Below, piece after piece: positions 18,401-25,753 of a stretch of DNA of 32,000 bases. Source of the DNA: Candidatus Lokiarchaeum ossiferum. GTDB taxonomy: Archaea > Asgardarchaeota > Lokiarchaeia > Sigyniarchaeales > Promethearchaeaceae. Both the position numbers and the translations under genes were made by a program. The number at the start of each line of letters is the position of its first letter. Position 1 is the first letter of the stretch. The notes under the pieces are model-generated. The model saw nothing but the letters and a program-made list of their open reading frames with translations, searched no databases and was not told the origin of the DNA. The DNA lies in the NCBI GenBank assembly GCA_025839675.1, contig CP104013.1, positions 5,610,001 to 5,642,000 of the forward strand. The letters run 5' to 3'.

Positions 18401-18621
18401 AATAGAGGTGTATTTTCATAAATATCCAGAACTGGTAAGGATGTTCTAAAAGACGATATCGGCATAAATGGTGTGTTTGCTTTAAGATTAGGAAGATTTT
18501 TTAGGTCACTGTTTCTAAATTGATTGGTTTCTTCTTTAAATGTAATCGGCATTATAATGATCATAAATAGGAGTAGTGACAGCAAGATCCATGATTTTTT
18601 TTTTAGAGTTTGACAATTCAT
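15466..18621 (-). CDS. Secreted, membrane-anchored surface protein: alpha/alpha-toroid (prenyltransferase/terpene-cyclase-like) repeats + Thr/Ser-rich stalk + C-terminal TM anchor
   Basis: N-terminal signal/TM is WILLSLLLFMIIIM. Repeats such as LNSDGGFGSIF...TYYAIWSVKAL and FNSDGGASYI recur. A roughly 90-aa T/S stalk leads to the C-terminal IIYFSSFVLIGGVSVFVKKKSGMK. Many NxS/T sequons are present. Confidence 0.8.
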   Translation of the reverse strand: MNCQTLKKKSWILLSLLLFMIIIMPITFKEETNQFRNSDLKNLPNLKANTPFMPISSFRTSLPVLDIYENTPLLNSVSEKIVQPENLYDRPSSIYSTFFAYTTLEVLDPTSYGEYKDGLEQYIMSKFNVKSHHFEETLNYSMYHEDGAYLFKTPYSYNITHQMAIILLANIGRLSTNFNPLQILAWENEILAGLNSDGGFGSIFAPHSTLLETYYAIWSVKALNNYEITAFSPIERNLIQEYVESTQRTGYMAGAFNEYDTSAYLGWENYYASWEALKIIEMIDGDFNSVRDPFINFLVNNNIYNSQSKCYYGEFNDYLSPETVTYFGSAIIADCIRLLEMEMVFPELSTVLGVLLNSTTYNRTDQKEGPNYFYFRSSSFFSDDLFIQSTIIPILDNFSLLPQLDDSNNNLKGLQDFCLTYFNSDGGASYITKLDQCAFGDKVKFSYLKHFPEQFEEQEVLNSSLSRLTTDGYFSDYINYSITNQSPSQKILSLWGQWSHFPIATNYFILDTINDLNLIEAMYEEIGFTQYLKCEQWIADQLLSTGYFLNDTHLETQTGNIKSTFYALEAQNILIKFDRGQSFANYYSIANLTTILGNLNQSMVETDTLWHGISGSNENAGITQIAMTYYILRINEILATNQVDYTKLSNFLYEQVENFDGFSYEDKAIFIQLCNDLNIKFDLSFFQMIHPEIGILCAHLIANVPIYNMELIYLGEILQNDQICVAIEIPPDQIIDSSYTYSIQSFSLASEISISEIELRGEETTFNDWNIMGRKYSCEIVPEANQSHPQEWQPDLSFSYKNIRYGCQLSVLLNFSWIYSFEIIEGDQFNTIKYCIQSQPSIISKITPNFEIRDIDGLLVAKYTESNVSADYFEDRVEFTCLLNTVIEFDQEFFFIPIFQEDWAPFQNYYFMINSSISTTTTTTTTDVSSTTTSNSTTTNTSTTTSTTSNSTTTNTSTTTATTSNSTTSDTSTTNSSSNSSTSTSSSSTATETQNNLNEDLSSDENSNSSAVSNNNSDLDQTNFVNPIIYFSSFVLIGGVSVFVKKKSGMK
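15722..15838. repeat. Imperfect 45-48 bp tandem repeat (about 2.5 copies) encoding the Thr/Ser stalk
   Basis: The copies are gtcgaatttgaagtggtcgctgttgttgtagatgtattggttgtt, then gtcgaatttgaagtagtagatgttgttgtagatgtattggttgttgtt, then gaatttgaggtggtcgttgaagac. At protein level this gives SNSTTTNTSTTT(S/A)TT units. Confidence 0.85.
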
Positions 18622-18981
18622 AACACTTTATAATTTCGATCCTAATAAAGCCAAAAAAATGGAATTTAGTCTAAAACAATAAATCGGTAGAAGAAATCCA
18701 TCAACAAATCTTTGAAAAGCTGAGAATGTAGGCATTATTTTCAACACATTTATTTAAGAAATAGTGATTTTTTCAGACTTTTTAAGCAATTTTAGCAATA
18801 ATTGGACTAAATCTGGTTCATTTAAAACTTCAATGGCGGAAGAAAATCCTAAAGAAGAGAATATATGCAGGTAAGCTAAATAAATTCTCGGGGATGGAAG
18901 AAATTTTTTGAAATCAACACAAATGTCACCCATAATCTCTTATACTTCCATCTTATATAAAAAAGAAATAATACTCGACTT

Positions 18982-20232
18982 TTGATTTTAAATAATTTAA
19001 TCAAAAAAAAGTGTATGAAAAATGCTAAATTGATTTATCTCACATTCCCATTCCTCTGTTTTCTTTTGATAAATTGCCTCGATATAGTCGATAATAATCC
19101 TATGGGACAAATTGAAGAAGTAACTGTGTTGTCCGCTTCTACCACCTTGTATGATTCTGTGGAATTGTTTCGCCCCCCTCAAACATCTCAGATTTTCAAT
19201 GTTTCCTTCATCAAGAATGTAACTTATTTCTTTTTTATGGAATCCTATGTGCCCTTCGCTGATGATTTTTCAGTTAATATTTATTGTACCAGCCCATCAG
19301 CCCGGCAGTATCACTTTTTCGATTATACAGCTGATATTGAAAACAATGCTTCAAAAATTTTCTTTGAGTTTGGATCGACTGAAACTGGCGTTTATAGCAT
19401 ACGTTATGATGTACTAACTACTGCGAACATAAATCTGCATCTTTACTTGGAAGAATATCTCTCAATTGACACATACTATGAGAAATTTTCAACGGATTTA
19501 ATTAATCGGAATATTTTGTTCTTTAGCAGTATTGATCGTTTTAGTACCAATCAACTCAGCCATACATATGAGATGTCCTTTCAGGAAGATACAGAATATC
19601 ATTTCAATTTCTTCCGTGTCAACCCCATTTCACTCACTGATATTGAGGTAAATGGATTCACTAATCCTCAGGTTTCAATGCAAGTAGAATTGAATGGTAC
19701 GCAATATATTTTTTATCCTTCTGTACCGACGCTTGAATATGCACTTTATTCAAATATAGAAAACTTAACTCATATAGGTAATCCAAATGAGCGGAATTTG
19801 TATAATAACTCCTTTTTGATTCGGTTTGGGGCTCATATCACTGGAAATGCTACGATAACTCTCACATTAAGTGATTACAACGGGTTTGATCTAAATTTTG
19901 CCTTCGTTGCATATGGGATTGGAGATATTGGAGATGGGCCTGATACTATTGGTGATAAGCAAGACCATAATAATAATTTCATAAATGTGACAATTATTGA
20001 TGATTTAATGGCTCCTAATGCAACCGATCTTCAAGAAGTCGATCCCACCGTAGATGATAAAATAAATTATGCTTTGGGAGAAGTTGAAAATTTTCTGGAA
20101 GCTCAATTTTGGATACTTCTTCCTAGCGTACTAGGGGCCGCAGGAGTTTTTTATGCCATATCCCATTTTAAACCAAACTTGAAAGTCCAAACCCAAGTTA
20201 TCCCTGATGGAAGGGAAATTTTGGAGGATTAA
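18982..20232 (+). CDS. Secreted N-glycosylation-rich protein with a C-terminal TM anchor
   Basis: Signal-like LIYLTFPFLCFLLINC, with the likely start at MKNAKL, about 19016. Sequons include NVS, NVT, NAS, NGT, NLT, NNS, NAT and NVT. The C-terminal TM is FWILLPSVLGAAGVFYAI, followed by a cytoplasmic tail. Confidence 0.75.
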   Translation: MILNNLIKKKCMKNAKLIYLTFPFLCFLLINCLDIVDNNPMGQIEEVTVLSASTTLYDSVELFRPPQTSQIFNVSFIKNVTYFFFMESYVPFADDFSVNIYCTSPSARQYHFFDYTADIENNASKIFFEFGSTETGVYSIRYDVLTTANINLHLYLEEYLSIDTYYEKFSTDLINRNILFFSSIDRFSTNQLSHTYEMSFQEDTEYHFNFFRVNPISLTDIEVNGFTNPQVSMQVELNGTQYIFYPSVPTLEYALYSNIENLTHIGNPNERNLYNNSFLIRFGAHITGNATITLTLSDYNGFDLNFAFVAYGIGDIGDGPDTIGDKQDHNNNFINVTIIDDLMAPNATDLQEVDPTVDDKINYALGEVENFLEAQFWILLPSVLGAAGVFYAISHFKPNLKVQTQVIPDGREILED

Positions 20233-20235
20233 AAA

Positions 20236-21015
20236 ATGGGTTATTTCATTTATTTAGTGTTATTGTTTCCTTTGCGAAGGTTCCTTTCCAGAGTTCTTGA
20301 GTTAGTGGGCCATTTCATTCCTCCCTTATTAACAATCAGCTTGAAACTGGATCAATTTTCTACAATTTTTCACGAAATATGTCACTATGGGATGAATAAA
20401 CTTATGTTCATACCAGTATCCTTGGAAGATATTTCTTTTTCCGATAATTTACAAAGTGGATCTGTGAGAATCAACTATGATACCGCAACTCATTATCGAT
20501 TTTCTTTGATGAAGTGTTTTCTTATTTCTCTTGCGCCATTATTTATCGGGACTTGGATAGTTTTATTTTTGGTGAGCAAATGGGATGGAACATCCCTTGG
20601 GGGGAAAATTGGGCTTGGACTCGCCATTTGTTGTCTCATACTTGGATTACAGCCTTCAAATGCAGATATCAAATGCATTTACATTTATGGGGTAACAAAA
20701 AGACCATGGCTTGCCTTACGACAAGTAATCTGTATGGGGCTGGCCTCTTTGTTTTATTTGTGGCAAGCTGATTTTTTCATGCAATTCTATGTTTTAGTTC
20801 CAATTCTATTTGAAATTACAGTGATTTTAGCAATTTTTATTCTGTTAGATCTAATATGTTATGGATTAGATGAAGTTCTCCGTTTTCTGAAGAATAGAAC
20901 AATACAAATGACGTTCAATCGAAGCTTGCATATTCGAAAATATAAAATACCTCTCTTTGCAAAACCTGTCATAAAGCAAAGTAGAATGAATAATTTGCAG
21001 GAGAACTCGCAATGA
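20236..21015 (+). CDS. Polytopic membrane protein with an HExxH motif (DUF3267/M50B-like putative zincin peptidase)
   Basis: HEICH is encoded at 20371-20385, just after the first hydrophobic segment. About five TM helices are present. The gene starts 3 nt after the upstream stop and overlaps the downstream gene by ATGA. Confidence 0.65.
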   Translation: MGYFIYLVLLFPLRRFLSRVLELVGHFIPPLLTISLKLDQFSTIFHEICHYGMNKLMFIPVSLEDISFSDNLQSGSVRINYDTATHYRFSLMKCFLISLAPLFIGTWIVLFLVSKWDGTSLGGKIGLGLAICCLILGLQPSNADIKCIYIYGVTKRPWLALRQVICMGLASLFYLWQADFFMQFYVLVPILFEITVILAIFILLDLICYGLDEVLRFLKNRTIQMTFNRSLHIRKYKIPLFAKPVIKQSRMNNLQENSQ

Positions 21016-21779
21016 GTCAAGTTTATTATCCGAGGTGGAAACTTCCTTGGAATTTACCCACTTTTTCCGTACAATTACCTTTTCTTGCAATGAAATTGAA
21101 CTGTCGGGTGATAAATTATCGCTCCGATGAAACCTTTCATTTACACTACTTGAAAGAAAAGATGCTAGTAGTCGAGATTAGTCCTACCTGCGGTGTTCTC
21201 ATTATTGATCCGCAAGCGTTACCCTTGGAATTTAGTGAGATCCCTATTTTTAAAGATCGAATTGAAGCATTCATGGAAGAATATTCTTTTTCTTTAGTGA
21301 TATGGCAAGGATACCAAAATTCTTTAACTCAAATGGCAAAAAATCTTCCCAAAATTGCTTTAGCCTTGCGCGGGATGTTAATGCGTCATGTTCTTACCTA
21401 TCACCAAGCCATGATTCCTACTCGTCATTTAGAAGATACCGCCTTATGTCTACGAAGTTTAGCAAAACGAGTCCAGATTGTTGATAATCCTCCATCAAAC
21501 TCACGAATAAAAGCCAAAGCACGAAGGTTGTATGATGCACAGCAGACATTAATAGAAGGGTTTTGCCTTATGGGATTAAAAAAATTTAAGCTTTTAAGTA
21601 CCGAGTTTCAATTTCCTTTTGAAATCATGGAAGAAATACGTTCTTCAGAGCTACTATACACACGCACGGGGAATCCCAAAGGTATAACTGGAAGATTAAA
21701 GAATATCAAGTTATTTGATTTTGAATTCATTCGCCAAAATCAGATATTACTAACTAAAAATAATACTTTGGATAACTAG
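21012..21779 (+). CDS. Catalytically inactive XPF/ERCC4 paralogue (nuclease-like domain + HhH2-like C-terminus)
   Basis: By-eye alignment to the XPF at 5235-5969 gives three matched blocks (XPF first): IPLITTLDEFETAQTIWSFAK vs QAMIPTRHLEDTALCLRSLAK; QLNFIEGLIGVSEIKAKVLLDEFQ vs QQTLIEGFCLMGLKKFKLLSTEFQ; FGAKFVRQNQNLL vs FDFEFIRQNQILL. The catalytic positions are replaced: ERK becomes EIS at 21174-21182, DERE becomes FSVQ, and ADY becomes LHY. Confidence 0.75.
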   Translation: MSQVYYPRWKLPWNLPTFSVQLPFLAMKLNCRVINYRSDETFHLHYLKEKMLVVEISPTCGVLIIDPQALPLEFSEIPIFKDRIEAFMEEYSFSLVIWQGYQNSLTQMAKNLPKIALALRGMLMRHVLTYHQAMIPTRHLEDTALCLRSLAKRVQIVDNPPSNSRIKAKARRLYDAQQTLIEGFCLMGLKKFKLLSTEFQFPFEIMEEIRSSELLYTRTGNPKGITGRLKNIKLFDFEFIRQNQILLTKNNTLDN

Positions 21780-21806
21780 CAGTATTTTTCCAGAGAAGTA
21801 GATCAA

Positions 21807-21814
21807 TTTTTTTT
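21807..21814 (+). terminator. Oligo-T (T8) termination signal
   Basis: T8 run 28 nt after the 21779 stop, in a convergent gap. Confidence 0.4.
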
Positions 21815-21863
21815 GATTTATTTCCATATAGCAATTCTTTTTTGCGAATCAGATAAAGGAATC

Positions 21864-24800
21864 CTAAATTGTGACTGCAAAATCTTCCAAAGCTTCTATA
21901 AGTGCTTCTATTTTTTTAGAATCTGATATAGCCAAATGATTGATTAAAATTTGTCTATCTTTTAATAAAAATTGTATAGATCGAGCTTCAGGGATTGAAT
22001 CGAGCGAGGAAATTCCGAGCTGCCATTGATTCTTTAAATAGTCAATTGCTTGACTCCTTTCTTGATCTTGTAGCTTAGAACGTGTTTCAACCAAAAGATC
22101 AATTAAAAAGGAACGCAATTCATTTTGCCAAGCATAACTTTCTAAAGTTAAGGATGGTGAAGGAAGGGTGTCTTTAGAACTAAAAGATTTTTCAAAATAG
22201 GTTTTAACATCTGAATTATGCTCTTTAGAATCCATTCTTTCTGTTACAGATGAGCCTATAGGTATTCCATCATTTGAAATCAAAATTTTTAACTCTTCAG
22301 GATCCAAAATTTTTGTCCGACTTGAAGAAACACGCTGCAATTTTGTAAATTTTTTAAAATCCTTTAAACATTTCTCTGCTTTTGAGGACAGAATATATCC
22401 AGTTATTTCAATGTTAGAATTTGCTTGATGAGTTTTTTTAATAAAATACTTTCGATTAATTAAATCTTCGAGAATGGATGCAGTTTTTTCTTTCCGATGT
22501 TTTACATCTATTGGGTAAAAATTTCTCAAGGTACTATCAATAATACTTTCTAGATCTTCGAGTAAGGTGTGTTTTGGAATGACTTTGGAAATAGTTAGAC
22601 TCTTAGCACAATCATTTAAAAAAATATGAAGATCATTATGTAAAGAAGGTTGATTGCTAAATTCTATGGTCAAAGACGTAACCAAAGGTGGATTTTCGGG
22701 TTCAGCAGGTGCAACAATCTTCGAAAATTGGAGATGTGAAGGAATGTTTTGTGGGAGTATGAAATTTAATCTTTCTGTGTCGGTATCAAGCTGATCAAAT
22801 TGAAAAACATAGGATTTCTGATATAATGTTCGATATATGATGCCTTTATTAAGATCTAAAGAAGTCAAATATTGATATTGATAACTGGATTGCCTCGCGG
22901 ATTTTTGGGATGTATTGGTAAATTGCCCATCAAATTTCAATAAAGATCCCAGTAAACGTCGATGATTATATTGAGCTGTTCGCAAGGCGATAATTGTATC
23001 AAAATTAGCGTGGATGGATTCATGAATTTCTGCACATTGACAAGATTCTGCTAAGATTGGCATTTGTAGTGCTAAAAATTCTGCAAACATTTCATCTATG
23101 GTTGTATGGTTCCGTTTGTCTATCCGGTTATTAAATATTAAGTGTAAATGAGGAAGCATGATCACTTTAGGAAGAATTGAGGCTTCATTGGTATAATCGC
23201 TAAGTAAAAATTGTAACTGGGTTAGAAATACCTGAATAAACAAATTTTTATATTTATTCACCTTTAACCGAGAAAGATCCAAGATGAAAGGTGAAGCCGA
23301 TTCTATAAATGTGAGTGGATTAAGAGAGACACTCATGTCTCGATCAAAAGCTATAAAATATTGCTGAGCTTTGAATAAATTCATCATGGTAAACACTTCA
23401 CTTTTGTGTAAGGTTGCAGGAGATTTATCGAAAAAGGCTTCAATCCGTTCAACTATTAACGATAAATCTGCTTTTCCAGACTCATTTTTCGTTATCCATG
23501 CACTGCGTAAAATAGATATTTGATCATTATTCCAATGAAATATTCGCCCGAAAATATCCAAAACCTTTTCAATGTAAGAGATTAAATCTTCTCCAGCCTC
23601 CGTTATTGGAAGATCAAAGAGTTTCAATCCAAAATCATTACCGACTTCTAAATACTGAATTGGGTTTGATTCATTATCTGAAGCTGAACCTAATCGAGAT
23701 TTCCAAGTACCATCCCAATCAAAAATGATTGCGGGGATATTATGTTTTAATAATTCCTTAATTATACGAATTGAAATGATTGTGTTTTGACGGTGATTAT
23801 CTCCTGCTAGCAAAATATTTCCCCATAGTTCAGCAATATTTATCCCTCCTTCACTTTCTAACGTGAAATTTTCTGGATTAAAAGTACTTCCCAAAAAAAT
23901 TTCATCGTTAAGATAGGGTGTGGAAAATTCTCCAGCATAATACATAGGAAGCACCCGATGAATTTCTTCTGGAATCATTATCAACTCCGATAATTGGATC
24001 CCAGCGGCACAAAATAAAAATAAAGGTGATGAATAAGATCCCCATCGTCGATTTTTACAAATAGATTGGAAGAAGACTTTTGAAGACACTTGTTTTATCT
24101 CACAAGAAGGATGAGCTAAGTTTAAAATCTGAAGGTATTGTTCCTGTGCAAAGATTTTCTTAATATAAAATTCTTTACCAAAATCTTCGATTTTTTCCAG
24201 AGGCATTTCTGTGGCTAAAGTAAATTGATTTTGAAAACGATAAAAGCCACAATATTCGCGTTCTAATGTTTTACGTTTACCTGGAATTTTTTCAAAGAGT
24301 GCATAATCCTTATCTTGTAAAAAGTCTCGAAATTCTGCAATCATTTCATTGGGAGTAACCCGATCTAAAAAATATTGATGGCTGAAGGATGTAGATGTAT
24401 TATTAAAATTGTTCATTAAAGCTCGATATAGTTTTGTGTTATTTTGATGGTAGGCTCGGTTTAGCTGACGCATGGAAAAATGCTGACGACATGTAATAGT
24501 GTTTCGTTCAGGAGTGTGGATCCAAACATCTCCATCTGGATCTAAATAAAGAAGTTCATTAGTTGGAAAAAGATCGATGGGTAAATAAGAATGAATTGAT
24601 TTTTGAGTCCGAAAATAAAAGGTAGCGCGGAACCGTGCAATCATATTGATCAGAGTAAATAAAACCATTCCCACGACTCCATAAATTACGTATGGGATTG
24701 TGGAAAACAAAAGCATGCCAACATATCCCACAAGGCTTAAATTGAAAAGCAAAGGAAAATAATGTCTGATTAAGTATTTTAAGCCCTTTATCGGGGATAA

Positions 24801-25658
24801 TGTTTCAGTAAATTCATAATCTTCTGGTAAAACTTCTTCTTGACTCCAAGCACTTTTAATACTTCTGATTAAATCTATACCCTGAAGCATTTCAAAGTGA
24901 TAATGGGGAAAATTTACCTCAATGATATCTTGAATACACAAAGCAATAAGTTTCATTTTCGAGACAAGATTGGAAACCATTTTGTTTGAAATATTTTTAA
25001 CTTTGCGAGTAAAAAAGATGCGATAATTTAGTTTTGTTTGTTTTCCTATTGTATCTGGAATTTGCGATGTCTGAAATATCGTGGAAGTAGTTTTTTCCTC
25101 CGAGTTGGAAAAATCGACTTGGAAAGTTAAGGGTGCAACTTCTTTCAATTCAGCAACTTTCCGTAAAAAATCGTTAAAATTGGCTTGAATATGGAATGGT
25201 ACTGCTTTGAGTTCAACACCCATCGTAGCTATAGCATGGTTATTGTGCATATTTTGGAGAATTAGCATATTACTTTTATTAAAAAAATCTTTTTTATCTC
25301 GGTTGGGGGGTTGAAACATGGCTTCTGACATATAATTCAAACAGCTTAGACTCGCTACCATAGATTTTGTATCGATCTGTTTGATTCCTGTCTTTTTGTG
25401 GAAAAAAGTTCGCATTTGAAGGGAAGGATCATATGAGAAATACACAAGATTTATCCCAAAGCAGATCGAAAAACCAATAGAGATATTTGTTCTGTTCTCA
25501 ATGTCCCCAAAAATGAAAGCTAATGTAGCCCATCCTGTCAAAAATCCCATTAGGATGAAATACTTCCATAAATTTTGCTTAAGGCTCACTTTGAAGTGAT
25601 CCAGTTTAAATAACATATCATATTTGAAAATTTGTTTAGGTCCTGGGGAATGATCCAT
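21864..25658 (-). CDS. 1264-aa membrane-anchored HerA/FtsK-superfamily (DUF87-like) P-loop-fold protein with degenerate Walker A and B
   Basis: Four N-terminal TM helices are present (e.g. FILMGFLTGWATLAFIF, VGYVGMLLFSTIPYVIYGVVGMVLFTLI). The central region follows the HerA order. NILLAGDNHRQNTIISIRIIKELL takes the place of hhG-TGSGKS (nt 23781-23804). AIIFDWDGTW resembles vliFDphGEY. PFILDLSRL resembles the v-iDLS strand. KVIMLPHLHLIF takes the place of hhh-EEAH (nt 23133-23165). SCQCAEIHESIHANFDTIIALRT is sensor-like. The CDS call is firm, while the fold assignment is tentative. Confidence 0.6.
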   Translation of the reverse strand: MDHSPGPKQIFKYDMLFKLDHFKVSLKQNLWKYFILMGFLTGWATLAFIFGDIENRTNISIGFSICFGINLVYFSYDPSLQMRTFFHKKTGIKQIDTKSMVASLSCLNYMSEAMFQPPNRDKKDFFNKSNMLILQNMHNNHAIATMGVELKAVPFHIQANFNDFLRKVAELKEVAPLTFQVDFSNSEEKTTSTIFQTSQIPDTIGKQTKLNYRIFFTRKVKNISNKMVSNLVSKMKLIALCIQDIIEVNFPHYHFEMLQGIDLIRSIKSAWSQEEVLPEDYEFTETLSPIKGLKYLIRHYFPLLFNLSLVGYVGMLLFSTIPYVIYGVVGMVLFTLINMIARFRATFYFRTQKSIHSYLPIDLFPTNELLYLDPDGDVWIHTPERNTITCRQHFSMRQLNRAYHQNNTKLYRALMNNFNNTSTSFSHQYFLDRVTPNEMIAEFRDFLQDKDYALFEKIPGKRKTLEREYCGFYRFQNQFTLATEMPLEKIEDFGKEFYIKKIFAQEQYLQILNLAHPSCEIKQVSSKVFFQSICKNRRWGSYSSPLFLFCAAGIQLSELIMIPEEIHRVLPMYYAGEFSTPYLNDEIFLGSTFNPENFTLESEGGINIAELWGNILLAGDNHRQNTIISIRIIKELLKHNIPAIIFDWDGTWKSRLGSASDNESNPIQYLEVGNDFGLKLFDLPITEAGEDLISYIEKVLDIFGRIFHWNNDQISILRSAWITKNESGKADLSLIVERIEAFFDKSPATLHKSEVFTMMNLFKAQQYFIAFDRDMSVSLNPLTFIESASPFILDLSRLKVNKYKNLFIQVFLTQLQFLLSDYTNEASILPKVIMLPHLHLIFNNRIDKRNHTTIDEMFAEFLALQMPILAESCQCAEIHESIHANFDTIIALRTAQYNHRRLLGSLLKFDGQFTNTSQKSARQSSYQYQYLTSLDLNKGIIYRTLYQKSYVFQFDQLDTDTERLNFILPQNIPSHLQFSKIVAPAEPENPPLVTSLTIEFSNQPSLHNDLHIFLNDCAKSLTISKVIPKHTLLEDLESIIDSTLRNFYPIDVKHRKEKTASILEDLINRKYFIKKTHQANSNIEITGYILSSKAEKCLKDFKKFTKLQRVSSSRTKILDPEELKILISNDGIPIGSSVTERMDSKEHNSDVKTYFEKSFSSKDTLPSPSLTLESYAWQNELRSFLIDLLVETRSKLQDQERSQAIDYLKNQWQLGISSLDSIPEARSIQFLLKDRQILINHLAISDSKKIEALIEALEDFAVTI

Positions 25659-25753
25659 ATTGTTTGTTACTTCGTATCTTTATAATAGAGGAAAAATTAT
25701 TGCTCAAAATACAAAGCTTTCGCTTTTATATAGATTGAAAAAAACAAAGATCA
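25659..25753. promoter_or_regulatory. Bidirectional promoter with two TATA-like boxes, each about 25-26 nt from its start codon
   Basis: ctttataata at 25678-25687 reads tattataaag on the minus strand and is centred about 25 nt from the ATG at 25658. cttttatata at 25723-25732 is centred about 26 nt from the ATG at 25754. Confidence 0.45.

Noticed and set aside
18754-18933. 59-aa minus-strand ORF (MGDICVDFKKFLPSPRIYLAYLHIF...) in the 360-bp gap between the two surface-protein genes
   Set aside because: It has no recognisable motif, no convincing TATA at the expected spacing, and a composition compatible with chance. It is kept only as a note.
2760-21484. Other short nested ORFs: 2760-3005, 9264-9455, 9309-9515, 11534-11728, 11886-12080, 12828-13028, 13949-14218, 14239-14451, 16423-16817, 18997-19182, 20493-20771, 20866-21090, 21302-21484; also 27079-27303 and 28604-28831
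   Set aside because: Each is embedded in or antisense to a much longer ORF with domain or topology support. None shows a motif.
21864-25658. Calling the 1264-aa protein an active DNA-import, conjugation or secretion motor (Ced/VirB4-like)
   Set aside because: No intact Walker A or B could be found anywhere in the protein, and no pilin, prepilin peptidase or other transfer genes are nearby. Only the fold-level resemblance is retained.
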